A stretch of DNA of 63,141 bases, the filler included, from Octopus bimaculoides (lineage: Eukaryota): the NCBI RefSeq assembly GCF_001194135.2. It is 6 parts of 5 records of this genome, joined end to end, with 100 filler letters (N's around TTAATTAATTAA, not from the genome) between each part and the next. Parts side by side here need not be neighbours in the genome. Positions count along the whole stretch, not along the records: positions 1 to 17,743 come from NC_069006.1; 5 more parts are not named here. One strand, given 5' to 3'. The position numbers and the translations under genes are program-made. Every line of letters begins with the position of its first letter. Positions within the stretch are counted from its first letter, which is position 1. Shown one piece after another: positions 1-13,560 of this stretch. Under the pieces are notes generated by a model. That model was not told the DNA's origin. It saw only the letters and a program-made list of their open reading frames with translations, and ran no database searches.

Positions 1-43
<43 letters not shown>

Positions 44-60
44 GATGGGTATAAATATAG

Positions 61-102
<42 letters not shown>

Positions 103-701
103 TTATATATGTTATTTATATTTACATATTTGTATATGTGTATATATAAATGTATAATGTGTATATATAAACGTCTGTGCACCCTCCCCCATTAACACAT
201 GCACAAATGTTAGCCAGATAGATAATGAGGCGGAGCCAACCTGATCTGGGAGAGTCATACTTGTTGTCTAAGGGTATAAGTGGGAGGTGTCCATATACTA
301 GAGTAGGCGTTTCACTGTTGAGTAGATGTGTGTGTGTGTGCATGATGGTGTTTAACCCTGGGTCAGGTTCGCCTTCCCAGGGCTCACCTATGATTAAAGG
401 TATTCCAGCTGTGACAGTCATATCTTTTATTTCAAAATTTATTTTGACCTGACATAGTGTATCTAGGATTACATGATCTGAAAGTGTCCTTGCTTTTTTA
501 AGGTGGTAGGATGTGATATGAGGGAGATTTGGTTGGTATTTTTAACTCATCTGTGAGTTCTGTGGAATTGGATGAGTGACTTTTGTTCTGTGTGTGTGTG
601 TGTGGGTGTGTTTTATTGCAGACAAGGCTTTATAAAATATATTTTATTGTGCATATGTAAACACGAATGCTAGATTAAATGTAGCTTTCTAAAATGTATA
701 G

Positions 702-743
702 ATGATCTGTCTGTCTATCTATCTATCTATCTATCTATCTCTG

Positions 744-774
<31 letters not shown>

Positions 775-777
775 CTG

Positions 778-836
<59 letters not shown>

Positions 837-839
837 CTG

Positions 840-886
<47 letters not shown>

Positions 887-908
887 GTCTGTCTGTCTGT
901 CTGTCTGC
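702..908. repeat. (TCTA)n/(TCTG)n microsatellite, representative of dozens of GATA, TA, CA, GA, CAT, CAC, CTT and TAC tracts across the window
   Basis: Seen directly. These tracts account for most low-complexity ORFs in the track. Confidence 0.95.
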
Positions 909-1970
909 CTATTGTAAGGCCCTGTGCATCCCTAAAGATGTTACTTCTAATGAGGCTGCTCCCTACACCCGACTTGCTAGAGATAGTAATTAAGTGTCCT
1001 TCAAATCGTACTCTATGGTTTTTAGAAAAATAGAGGGAGAATACATTGTTGTTGTTCTTAGATGGGATGGTCATGGCTGGAATATGTTTTGATCATTGAG
1101 CGGCTTCTTTAGGATTGATCTGGCTCTACTTTAAGCAACAACAACAAATCAATAATTTCTCACCGTGAGAGAAACGTGTAAAGGAATTCACTTGGACCGA
1201 AATACAAGGAACCAATGAAAAGCATTGGTTGTTGTGCTGTTGGCCAATGGCCTGCAGCGGTCATATGGCAGACAGCGTGACCTTATCGACAACACCACCA
1301 ATGAATGGATATAGTAACGTCAAATGGAAGACGGAATACGTCAATGGACCTGATTCACATGTTCAGTTACGCCTTGATGCAGTCAACCGTGAAGAACTCA
1401 ATGAATCAGTTCAACCAGAAATTGAAACTGGATGTCCTTCACCTACACTGTTTGATGGTCTGTTTATATAGTTAAAGTGGTGGGCATGTGTATGGATGGG
1501 TGGTTAAGCCATGTACTTTGTTGCCATGTCATTATGCGTTCGATCCCAGTGTCCGGCGCATGATGGAAGAGTTACTTCTTTCCATCAAATCTTCGTCACT
1601 GAAGTTATACATTCAATAGTTGACTGGTACATTATTTTATTCACCCCCAAAAGGACGAAGGGTAAAGTCGACCTCGGTGGCATTTGAACTCAGAATGTAA
1701 AGTCAGGAGAAATGGTGCAAAGCATTTTTTCCAGTATGGTAATAATTTTGTCTTCAAAATCAATATTAATAAAAGAAAAACGCTTTTCTAATCATTGATC
1801 AAATATTGCAAATATTAGTTCAGGTCAGTCATTAAATAAATATACGTCTGTCTGTCTATGCTACCTTATCTCTCTCCATCTTCCAAACTATCTGTCTGTC
1901 TGTCCGGCTGCCTGTCTGTTTAGTTATTTATATGCATGAACATGTGTGTATATGATAATATATATATATA

Positions 1971-2002
<32 letters not shown>

Positions 2003-2126
2003 TACTTGTTTCAGTCATTTGACTGTGGCCATGCTGACACACATATTTACATATATATATAAGTATATATGTATTTATATATATAAATATACGTATATAC
2101 ATACATAGATACATATATACATGCAT

Positions 2127-2173
<47 letters not shown>

Positions 2174-2234
2174 TAGATATAAAATATATATGTGTATGTA
2201 TGTATGTATGTATCTATCTAGCTAACTAGCAAGC

Positions 2235-2267
<33 letters not shown>

Positions 2268-2280
2268 GTCTCTCTGTCTG

Positions 2281-2340
<60 letters not shown>

Positions 2341-2396
2341 ATCATATAAAAAATGTCCATGCATATAAATAAAGACAGACAGATAGATAAGTAGAT

Positions 2397-2428
<32 letters not shown>

Positions 2429-4014
2429 GGAGAAATGTCTACAGAGGGGAGAGTAGGAGCAGATGCATCATGTTAGTGTGATAACCATTAATGGAATCAC
2501 CAAATATCAAAAAGCCTGTCTTTATGTGTTGTCAGTTCCAGCCTTCATTTATATATTTCTCCTCGAATAATCTGACTGCTTCAATCCATCCATAACTCTT
2601 AAATCTCGATCACTCGTTTTAGTCCTCCCCATTGGTTAATGAGTACAAGCCTTTTAATTACGTTGACCGACAGACCAACTCAGTTAATGGCGTGATTGGT
2701 AATTAAACAGAACCAGAGATAATTTAGCTTTCATGTCTAAGATGGTCTTCAGACATTCTTGAAATTCTTTTATTCTATGTATTCTTTCATTCCTTCACTT
2801 GTTGCATTCATTAGAGTGTGGCCATGCTGGGGCATTGTAGTGAAAGATTTAATTAATCAAATCTACTGTAGTATTTTTTAAGTCTCATACACATTTCATT
2901 GGTCTCAATTTGACAAACTGTTAAGTTACAGGGACATAAACAAACCAACCCTGGTTCTCATCTTTTGAAAGCTGTCTTCTTGCTTTACCATCTCTGACTG
3001 TCACTCACTCCCACTCCATTTGTTGTTTTACTCTTCTTTCCCACTAGCATGACTGACAGGTCATACATTGTGTTTTATCATATGTTAGATAATATACGAC
3101 AAAACCACTAAAATTAAAAACATTTTTCTTAGTCGCAAATCACAATTTTGTCAAGACATAATCAAGACACAAATGAAAAATGATACTTATAAATATGAGC
3201 TTAAAGGTAAAAGTTGTTAACTTCATGACTCCAACTGTTATATTGGCTTTACAAAGATGACACATTTTCACAGAACCATCATACTTACAATAAGGAGCAT
3301 GATACTCTTCTGTCTACCCACAGTACTTACAGTAAGGAGCAACTGAAATGGATCACAACACAGAGTACAGAACAAAGCTAGATAGGAAAAACATTAGTGG
3401 ACAATACATTGATAGTAGACAGAATTTCTTACAGAAAAAACAAAACAAAACAAAACAGTACAAATAAAAACTATTATTGATTCAAGTAATGCTCTTTGCA
3501 TAGCACAATGTCAAGATAAACACACACACAATATACTATAGTCACAAATAAAAATATACACATGAATGATGATGTATAAACCCAACAATGAAATATTCAA
3601 ATACATATGTATACACACACATTCATACATATGTGTAAATAAATATATATATTTATGTAATGTTGTGTGTCTATAGATATATATTATATTATGTATATGC
3701 ACACACACATATACATAATATATATGATATATAATATAATATAATGTATATATATGTATGTATTGTATGTATGTGTGTGTGTGTGTGTGTGTGTGATTAT
3801 TGCAGTAGCACACCTATTTCTAATAATAATTTCTTAATTGTGCACAGAACATTTGTGTCATATCCAGACAAAGACCTCATACATCGTTGTCATATTAATT
3901 GAAGAGACACAAATAACTGTGGGGTTGTTTGAGGCATTATAACTGTCGAGACAATAAGTATAAGTCCATATGATATTGTATAATTGCCACAGTATTATAC
4001 AGTGTGAACTATGA

Positions 4015-4056
<42 letters not shown>

Positions 4057-4449
4057 TTATCTGTCTATCTATCTACACACACACTCATTTCTACATATAA
4101 ACACGCACATATAAGCAGTGTCATAGCCATATGTTTAATAAATAGGAATTAGTTTTGTTCAAAAATTAGACCCACGAAGGCCTTTTTAGAAACTTGCAAC
4201 GGGAATTGAACTGATGTGAAAACGTCTGTTGTTATTTAACAACTTGTAATTCGTTCATCTCTATCTTCCCCAAGAAACTAAGACAAAGTAAGGGAAAACT
4301 TTTTGAAATTGGGTGACTATTTCATTAGGCAAAACTCATTCGTACAATGAATGAGTTATTCTACAATAAGTAAACTGATTGGTTTGAGTGACATTTCAGG
4401 CTATCAAAAAATCCTCCAGAGAGACCTAATTTGATAACGAGCTAAATCG

Positions 4450-4790
4450 TCATTGTCATGTATCGTATGCCTGCAGCTCGTTAATGACACCGCAATGAAA
4501 ATCTTCCTGATTATGTGTGAGTTCTCCAGCTGTCTTTCCATTCTTGTCCAACCTGTTCTTCATATCATCCATCCTTTGCATTCTTTGCTTGTCTCTTGTT
4601 CTTCTACCCTCTACTCTTCCTTCCATAATAATGTTTTCTAAACCTCTGCTTCTTTGAATATGGCCATAATAGATGAGCTTTCGTTTGTTTCAGGAATTGT
4701 TGTCGTTCAGCCATTTCTTGTAACATTTTTTCATTCACCTGATGATCCTTGTAAGACCTGAATACGGCACCTTTGTTCTTTGACAGCAGC
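4450..4790 (-). mobile_element. RTE-clade LINE, 3' RT-thumb fragment
   Basis: Minus-strand frames give FRSYKDHQVNEKMLQEM and then KLIYYGHIQRSRGLENIIMEGRVEGRRTRDKQRMQRMDDMK, the RTE GH...LE..IMEG.IEG.R.RGRQR motif. Confidence 0.8.
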
Positions 4791-5403
4791 CAACTGTCGG
4801 ATGTGGTCAACAATCATGAATGACTAGAACTGGCTAAAACCACACCAGGTGAATGCCACCACATGAACAAGTAAGTAATACAGATATTTGCAGTTCTGTT
4901 GGAATCTAAATCAACTCACAGACTTTGCTTATCAGGCTGTTAGTTGTTGCTTTGAAATATTGATTCCTAATGTCAGCACAAAACCATTCTTTTCAGTTAC
5001 CACTGACTTAGCCATTGTTTATAGGAATTTCTGAAAGCTATTTGAAGGTCGTAGAAATATGGCAATATTTCATCCTGGTTCTGCAAGACTCTAGATGCCA
5101 GGTAGAAATTATTAACATTCAGTGAAATTTGAGAAAGGTCAAGAAAAAAAAAGGAACCGTTTTAAAGTTTTAGCCATTGTGTTTGCCTGTGTTTGTGTGC
5201 TTTACTTGTCATGAAGTCTACCAGTTCCGTTCTTCTAAATAAACTTGACATTCGCAAGAACCAATAATGGTAAAAAATGACTGCTAAGTGCTACAGAAAA
5301 CCAGAAAATAGCTCACATGATTCTTATCATGGAATGTTGTTCCTCCTTCTCCTTCTCTCTCGCTTTCACACTTATATATTTGGGTATACATACATATGTA
5401 CAT

Positions 5404-5456
<53 letters not shown>

Positions 5457-5489
5457 TACATAGATGCATACATGAATATATATACAAAA

Positions 5490-5521
<32 letters not shown>

Positions 5522-5554
5522 GTAATTGTATATGTGTGTGTGTATGTATACCTG

Positions 5555-5618
<64 letters not shown>

Positions 5619-5759
5619 TATATATATATAAATATACGTTATACATATATGTATATATATATAAACATGAAGTACATATATATACATATATATATAGTTT
5701 AATGCTCTGTTAAGGAAGATCAGCAAAAATGTACTCTATCCAGTGGGAGAGGATATATA

Positions 5760-5893
5760 TCATCATCATCATCATCATCATCGTTTAACGTCCGCTTTCC
5801 ATGTTAGCATGGGTTGGACGATTTGACTGAGGACTGGTGAAACCGGATGGCAACACCAGGCTCCAGTCTAATTTGGCAGAGTTTCTACAGCTG
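5760..5893 (-). mobile_element. Family C retroelement 3' end with a (GAT)n tail (RTE-type LINE or SINE)
   Basis: (CAT)n CGTTTAACGTCCGCTTTCCATG.TAGCATGGGTTGGACG recurs at 22660..22850 (-), 17852..17972 (+), 24097..24203 (+) and 16824..16880 (-). Confidence 0.75.
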
Positions 5894-6074
5894 TTTCTAT
5901 TACAGAGTTTCTATATATATATATGTGTATATATATATATGTGTATATATATCTCATCATCATCATGTATATATGCATATGTTTCTGTAGGTATGTGAGT
6001 GTGCATACATACACATATATATTTATATTTGCATATACACCCACATAATATATATAGGTATATAATATGAGTCT

Positions 6075-6198
6075 AGGACAATGACCCCACAAAGACATTT
6101 ACCCCTGAGGAAAACAGATCATGATTTAAAACTTCTTAATATATTGGAGGTAATTAACCAAGGAGGTAGTTGTCATGGGGGGTGGGGGGGATTGTCCT
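6075..6198. mobile_element. Small MITE-like inverted repeat
   Basis: AGGACAATGACCCCAC versus the reverse complement of the right end, AGGACAATCCCCCCCAC. Confidence 0.35.
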
Positions 6199-6418
6199 GA
6201 TATGATATAATATATGGAGATTTACACATTTATACACTCATGTATGTATGTCTGTATCTTTCTATCGGTCTGTCTGTTTATCTATCTGTCTATCTATCTA
6301 TCTCTCTATCTATCTGTCTGTGTTTGTGTCTATCTATCTATCTATCTATCTATCTATTTGTCTGTCTGTCTATATATCTGTCTATCTCTATATATTTATA
6401 GATAGATAGATAGATGTA

Positions 6419-6458
<40 letters not shown>

Positions 6459-6974
6459 TACCTACATACATAAATCGATAGTATTGCTGCTAACTCCATA
6501 AACAGATATGTCACACTTTAAATTCTGGGTTTTCTGTCAGTTTAGTACCGCAGACATTACACAGCAGCGTTTGTGTACCTATTGCTGGCAGTAAGAACAC
6601 ACTATCTAGTGCCTATCTACCTATCCCTACCACCTTCGTCTCAGCAAATCAAGACAACCAATCAGGTGGTGTTGGCATTTTGTGTACTTTGTTACTTAGA
6701 AATATCTTGGTCTTTTGCCATGTTGACTCTTAGACCTCCTCCTCCTCTCCTCCTTCATCATCATCATCACCATCATCAAGTCTATGCATATGTATGTATA
6801 TCTATATCTGTCCATCTATCTATCTATATATCTATCTGCCTGTCTGTCTGTCCACCTGTCTATCTCTACACAATCACATGTATCATATACAAATACACAT
6901 ACATACTTATATGTATACATACATTATACATACACACATACACATATATATATATACATACACATATATATACA

Positions 6975-7345
6975 TACGCTGTTTATCAATAAGGCTACAA
7001 TCTTCAGCTCGGAACCTTGCGAACCACTTCCGTACAGTTCTTTCGGATAAAGACACATCACTGTAAACTGCGCATATTTCTTTGGTTGCTTGTGAGGCAT
7101 TTTTCCCTTTATGGAGAAAGAAAAGCATCAAGTACCGAAAATGAACTTTCTTATCTTCCATTTTAAAGGGTTACAGAATTAACACAGGTTATAAGAACAT
7201 AAACCTTCTTCCACGAAAAGATAGCTTAAACTGTGCTCTAAATGGAGGTGTAGTGAAATCCTATTTTATGGACTCAACCATGTTCTAAAATAAGTCGAAA
7301 GGTAAGCTACTATAAATCGGCATGAACTTTCCGGACAACCCAATA
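6975..7345 (-). mobile_element. Mariner fragment (one TIR plus the transposase N-terminal HTH)
   Basis: ORF 6907..7161 MEDKKVHFRYLMLFF...KGKNASQATKEICAVY...LSERTVRKWFARFR. The TIR reads TATTGGGTTGTCCGGAAAGTTC on the minus strand and ends at TA 7344-45. Confidence 0.9.
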
Positions 7346-8278
7346 TTCATAGATAGCTGATCGTACCATCTTGTAGTAACTAAATATTTGCAGCTATGGT
7401 CAATAACATTCCGTCTGTGACCATCCAGTCTTGTTTAGTCTCAAGTCAAGTCTTGGTGTCAGGCATGTCATGACATAAATTCCATTCATGACCACCCAGT
7501 CAGGTTATCTATTAGCCCCAGGTCAACTTTTATTGTCCGACATATAGATAAAGGTGTTCTCCTCATAAACACAGGAGCAGTGTATCTAGGACTAGATTAT
7601 ATGTAGTGTGTCCTTCCTTTTTAAAGATGAAAAGGTCCGGTTTATGATTAATCTGGTCATTATTTCTAGCCAGTGAAATGACCATGGACAGAATGGTTTA
7701 TGTTTGAGTGTGAACATGGAAATTGAAGATAGCTTGTTGGGTTGGGATGAAATTGATGGTGGTGGTGGTGGTGATGACAATGATGATGATGAAGATGACG
7801 AAGGTAGTGTTGATAAGGATGATGACAATAATGATGACAACCAGGATGATAAGGAGGAGGAATGGGAGGAAGATGGTACTAATGAGGATGATGACAGATG
7901 ATGGTGGAGATAATGGTCACTGCAGTAATAGCAGTGGTGGCGGTGGTGGCGGTGGTTGTGGTGGTGGCGTTGGTTGTGGTGGTGGCGGTGGTTGTGGTGG
8001 TGGTGGTGGTTGTGGTTGTGTGATGAGNNNNNNNNNNGTGGTGGTGGCGTTGGTTGTGGTGGTGGCGGTGGTTGTGGTGGTGGTGGTGGTTGTGGTTGTG
8101 TGATGAGTGTATGCTATGGATTAATTAGATCCTGTAATCAATATCTTCAAACAAGAGGTGGAAGTTTGTGTTATGATTGGTTGACAGAGAGATGAGATTG
8201 GGGAGGAGACTGGAGAGGATGGAGTTACCAAATGAAGCGCACACACATGCACATACATTGTCTAAAGCACACCTCAGT

Positions 8279-8370
<92 letters not shown>

Positions 8371-8372
<2 letters not shown>

Positions 8373-8536
8373 TGCAGGAGTGGTTGTGTGGTAAGAAGCT
8401 TGCTTACCAACCACATGGTTCCGGGTTCAGTCCCACTGCGTGGTATCTTGCGCAAGTGTCTTCTACCATAGCCTTGAGCCGACCAAAGCCTTGTGAGTGG
8501 ATTTGGTAGATGGAAACTGAAAGAAGCCCGTCGTAT
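8371..8536 (+). mobile_element. SINE family A (tRNA-derived head and central domain), 3'-truncated
   Basis: GGTGCAGGAGTGGTTGTGTGGTAAG (A box) and CCGGGTTCAGTCCC (B box), then GGTAGATGGAAACTGAAAGAAGCCCGTCG. At least ten related pieces are present in the window. Confidence 0.85.
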
Positions 8537-9710
8537 GTATATATATATATATATGTATGAGAGAGAGAGAGAGAGAGAGAAGGTCTGGTAGCAAAACAGA
8601 TGCTCATCTGGACCTGACCATCCGCCCAGTTCCCCACCTGGACACCCACTGGTGCCACCCACTGACCAAACAATGTTTACCTCCTTTTATGACTTGAAAT
8701 GTGTTTTAAGATAACAGGAAGAAGACAAGTCTGACATCCAGTATGATCCATTTCCTCCTCCTCCCTCCCTCCCCTCCTCAATCCTCATCATCCTCATCAT
8801 CATCATCATCATCGTGAACATTGTCTTCTTCTTCTTCTTGACAGAAAGCAAGAAGAAGAGAAGGGAAAGAAAACCAAGTCCATTTAGGGCTGACATCAAA
8901 CTTAATGCAATACTGACTTGTAAAAAAAGAAAAAAGGGGCCACCAGTTCCATTCATGTAACAAGTATTTGTTTTTAATTAAGTCAATTAACAGAATCATT
9001 AGAACATCACTTGAAATACCTTGTGATACCTGTTACTGCCCTTTAAACTCTGAGATCAACTCTTCTTTTCATCCTTTTGGTGTTGATCAAATAAGTGATA
9101 GGCCACAACTGGGTTAATGGAATCGGTCGAGCATCGGACAGAATGCTTTGTGTCAAATATTTTAGTTCTTTGAATTCTGAGTTCAAATCTTGTCATGGTC
9201 AACTTTGTTTTTTCTCCTTCTGAGGGGTCAATTTTGTTTTTTCTCCTTCTGAGGGGTCAATAAAATAAAGTGATGGTCCAGAACAATAAGTAATGGTCAA
9301 GGTGGAGGGTAAAGTTAGAATAAGGGGCCCAGGTCTGAAATGGTTAATACGTTTTGCCATTAAAAGCCAAGTCCAACTTCTGTTTGGTCATATGAAAGCT
9401 GGTTTTATATTCCAGTGTCAAGAATACATGACCTGCACTTTGTAAAAACTAATGAATCCAAAAGGATTGAAATCACCATGTTTCGCTCGTTAAACAACTC
9501 CAGTTCGTTTGACATGTTCATTAGCCCTTAAATTATTCCAAAGAAAGATAACATATGCATCTTTATAAATAATTGATTCAGTGTAAATTGTCATTTTAAA
9601 GAAAGATATCCTGTTGGTGGAGTTGTTTAATCATTAAGCCAGGTGACTAATTTGCATTATATTCAAATCTTCAAAATTATTGTGGATTGCGGTGCATGTC
9701 AAACACTGGA

Positions 9711-9745
<35 letters not shown>

Positions 9746-9802
9746 AATTAACAGTGTGTTAGATACACATATACACACAAAGGTTTATACATGTATGTGT
9801 GC

Positions 9803-9835
<33 letters not shown>

Positions 9836-9936
9836 GATAGATGTATACACACACATACAGAAGTTTACATTCATATATACATCCATCGATTTAGCCACCT
9901 ACCATTCTATCTTCCCATTCAAATAACCATACTTAC

Positions 9937-9979
<43 letters not shown>

Positions 9980-10015
9980 NNNNNNNNNNNNNNNATATAT
10001 ATATATATATATACA

Positions 10016-10100
10016 TACAGGGTGCGGTGAATAAACTTTTGTCTAAATTACGCAAAAATGAAAATTAGCCTGACATCTCATTTTAACATATTTACCAAAA
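10016..10100 (+). mobile_element. Tc1/mariner-like terminal sequence (second copy at 35017..35102)
   Basis: TACAGGGTGCGGTGAATAAA...GTCTAAATTACGCAAAAATGAAAAT...CTGACATCTCATT recurs at 35017. The CAGGG start after TA is typical of the superfamily. Confidence 0.55.
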
Positions 10101-10109
10101 GGCAAAAAA

Positions 10110-10325
10110 AAAATAGATAGATACAACCCTCTTAAGTATAAAATAGCCTGGCTATGGAAAATGAAGAAGGTGGATATAGTGGCAATTATTGTTGGGTCCT
10201 TGGGAACAGTACCAGAAGGTATCAAGAGGAATATGAAGGAAATTGGAATAGAGTGCCCAGTAGAACTGTTACAAAGTGTTTGTCTCCTTGGCACGGCCAG
10301 AATAATCAGGTAGGTATTAGATAGC
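10110..10325 (+). mobile_element. 3' end of an RLE-type non-LTR retrotransposon (R4/Dong/NeSL-like C-terminus)
   Basis: Translates to KIDRYNPLKYKIAWLWKMKKVDIVAIIVGSLGTVPEGIKRNMKEIGIECPVELLQSVCLLGTARIIR*VLD. This matches the recalled K..KY..L...I..LW......V.P.V.GALG.....LQ...LLGTA.ILR.VL signature. Confidence 0.8.
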
Positions 10326-11820
10326 AACCCCAGAGTGACTAATGACCGATTGGATTATGGTTAAATTTGAAAATATGCTGATTTTTAATTAATTTCAATG
10401 AATTAAGATTTCTAAGTTGTCTCCCTTACCTTTCTTAGCTAGAATTAATAATTGAACTCGGGCGTTTCCCCTTACTGCAAGTAGAGGGTTAATTAAGTAA
10501 CATTTTTGAATTTAATATATTGAAGTATGTCAACTTCTCATCTCCCCCCCCCCCNNNNNNNNNNNNNNNNNNNNNNNNNNNNNNNNNNNNNNNNNNNNNN
10601 NNNNNNNNNNNNNNNNNNNNNNNNNNNNNNNNNNNNNNNNNNNNNNNNNNNNNNNNNNNNNNNNNNNNNNNNNNNNNNNNNNNNNNNNNNNNNNNNNNNN
10701 NNNNNNNNNNNNNNNNNNNNNNNNNNNNNNNNNNNNNNNNNNNNNNNNNNNNNNNNNNNNNNNNNNNNNNNNNNNNNNNNNNNNNNNNNNNNNNNNNNNN
10801 NNNNNNNNNNNNNNNNNNNNNNNNNNNNNNNNNNNNNNNNNNNNNNNNNNNNNNNNNNNNNNNNNNNNNNNNNNNNNNNNNNNNNNNNNNNNNNNNNNNN
10901 NNNNNNNNNNNNNNNNNNNNNNNNNNNNNNNNNNNNNNNNNNNNNNNNNNNNNNNNNNNNNNNNNNNNNNNNNNNNNNNNNNNNNNNNNNNNNNNNNNNN
11001 NNNNNNNNNNNNNNNNNNNNNNNNNNNNNNNNNNNNNNNNNNNNNNNNNNNNNNNNNNNNNNNNNNNNNNNNNNNNNNNNNNNNNNNNNNNNNNNNNNNN
11101 NNNNNNNNNNNNNNNNNNNNNNNNNNNNNNNNNNNNNNNNNNNNNNNNNNNNNNNNNNNNNNNNNNNNNNNNNNNNNNNNNNNNNNNNNNNNNNNNNNNN
11201 NNNNNNNNNNNNNNNNNNNNNNNNNNNNNNNNNNNNNNNNNNNNNNNNNNNNNNNNNNNNNNNNNNNNNNNNNNNNNNNNNNNNNNNNNNNNNNNNNNNN
11301 NNNNNNNNNNNNNNNNNNNNNNNNNNNNNNNNNNNNNNNNNNNNNNNNNNNNNNNNNNNNNNAAACTACAGAGGAACCAGCTGAAGGCAGCAGGAACTCC
11401 ATGGCTGTCGTTTTCCCACAAGAAGGAGGTCAGGGACCATCAGGATTTTCCTTGGGAAGGACACAACAATGCTTCCCTGTTGCCTCTTCCTGTATATTCA
11501 GAGTTTATTCTGTTTGTCTCCAACCACAAACGTAGCTAGAGGGGGAGCAGAGGGGGTGTCCACCCTTGGCAGCACTCTTTCTCTCGAACCTCCATACACA
11601 CACACACGTACACACATACATAGATACATACATACACACACTCTCTCTCCCCCTCTAACTCACAGATACACCCACATACACCAACCAATACAGTTTGAAT
11701 CGGCATCTAAACCTCACTCAGTCTGGGATGAGGTTGACGATTGTATATCTGGGGTGGGGGAACAGAATAGGAAGATTTGTGTAGGTTGAACACTAACACC
11801 AGCACAAATAACAGACCAGA

Positions 11821-11869
<49 letters not shown>

Positions 11870-12270
11870 GTGATATATCATGAGGGGAAATAAAGGGAGG
11901 TAATGCAGGGGTGGCGGTAGAGGCAGGGACTCCTCTCAGCCGTTCACCGATAAACACAGATAGATAAATGTTAAGAGTTTATTCTGATTCCCCCCCACCC
12001 CTCTGTATTTACGTATAAATATCTGTAGCACACTGTTGGTTCCATTAATGAATAAAAATACAACACACCATAGCCCACAGGAATTATCTGTCGTTGATGT
12101 CGTTGATGTTGTCGTCGTCGTTGTTGTCCTTCTTCTTCTTCTTCTTCTTCTTCTTCTTCTTCTTCTTTTTCTTCTTCTATTTCTTCTNNNNNNNNNNTCT
12201 TCTTCTTCTTCTTCTTCTTCTTCTTCTTTTTCTTCTTCTTCTTCTTCTTCTTCTTCTTCTTCTTCTTCTT

Positions 12271-12302
<32 letters not shown>

Positions 12303-13348
12303 CACCAACACCGCCACTGCCGCCATCACCACTATCAGAACAGCTGCTGCTGTCATTGCTGCGGCTAATATGTGAGAAATTATATCAGAAATTATTCTCT
12401 TCTTTTTCTCATCATCACCATCACCATTATCATCATCATCACCATCATCATCACCATCATCATCATCATCATTACTATTATTAGCAGTAGTAGTGGTGGT
12501 CGTAGTCACTTGTAACAGCAATCTGTTTGAAGTAGTTCCTCTACNNNNNNNNNNNNNNNNNNNNNNNNNNNNNNNNNNNNNNNNNNNNNNNNNNNNNNNN
12601 NNNNNNNNNNNNNNNNNNNNNNNNNNNNNNNNNNNNNNNNNNNNNNNNNNNNNNNNNNNNNNNNNNNNNNNNNNNNNNNNNNNNNNNNNNNNNNNNNNNN
12701 NNNNNNNNNNNNNNNNNNNNNNNNNNNNNNNNNNNNNNNNNNNNNNNNNNNNNNNNNNNNNNNNNNNNNNNNNNNNNNNNNNNNNNNNNNNNNNNNNNNN
12801 NNNNNNNNNNNNNNNNNNNNNNNNNNNNNNNNNNNNNNNNNNNNNNNNNNNNNNNNNNNNNNNNNNNNNNNNNNNNNNNNNNNNCCCCCTTCACGTGTCC
12901 ACCCCCCTTCACGTGTCTACCCCCATTCCCTGCAAACGCACAAAAGCGAAAACAAAACCAAACGACATGAAACCTATAAGCGATCAATACATGAATTGTC
13001 TCACTGTTTCTTAAATTGTGTTCTTTGATCACTCGGAATTAAAAAGATGGTTTCTGTTTAAAGATGGTGTGATCACCACTGGAATAATTGTTACTCTGTG
13101 TTCATGGCAATCGATCATTTTGTGAATAATTTAACACTTTGCTTCGCTATTGATCTTCTTGGAAAATATATCAAATCATACAAATTAAAAATTCCTCGCT
13201 AAGATTTTTTAAAGGTAAAGCATATTGATTTCTGTCATAGGCACGAGGCCTCGAATTTGTTGGGAGGCAGATGAGTTTCAACTGATTAGAAGATTCGAAT
13301 AATTCTTTTATTCTTTTAATTGTTGCTCATTTTGATTATATATATATA

Positions 13349-13560
13349 TAGGAGGGGTGTTGAAAAGTTCCCAGCTTTGGATAAAACAAAATACAGGATG
13401 AGGATCAGTGAATTATGATTTCATTCAACATATTCTCCTCTCAGATTCACAGTGGGCCTTCAGTTTTTCTAAGCACTGTAAAAAAACTTGGAAAGCTGGG
13501 CCTCCAACCAGGCCTCTCACGATACCCTTAGAGCCAGAAACTTATCAGCACCCCCTCATA
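13349..13560. mobile_element. Mariner-type MITE (about 212 bp)
   Basis: TAGGAGGGGTGTTGAAAAGTTCCCAGCT at the left end matches the reverse complement of the right end, TATGAGGGGGTGCTGATAAGTTTCTGGCT. TA at both ends, no ORF. Confidence 0.75.

Noticed and set aside
122-1110. Non-repetitive segments with minus-strand ORFs (122..421, 877..1074)
   Set aside because: No recognisable domain and interrupted by microsatellites. Probably old retroelement debris, but this cannot be supported.
7704-7901. Acidic Asp/Glu-rich ORF that could be an anionic partner for the ZP protein
   Set aside because: It derives from degenerate (GAT/GGT)n microsatellite, with no signal peptide or credible exon boundaries.
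7962-8107. Duplicated GGT/GGC tract encoding Gly/Cys-rich ORFs
   Set aside because: Low-complexity sequence duplicated across a 10-N gap, with no splice or codon evidence.
10489-11539. Long ORFs made mostly of X (also 12.5-13.0, 23.0-23.7, 25.8-26.7, 50.1-52.8 and 59.5-60.2 kb)
   Set aside because: They run through N gaps.
12885-12925. Two CACGTG E-boxes in an 18-bp tandem repeat about 2.3 kb upstream of the ZP start
   Set aside because: They border a gap and are probably the end of a minisatellite. There is no evidence of regulatory function.
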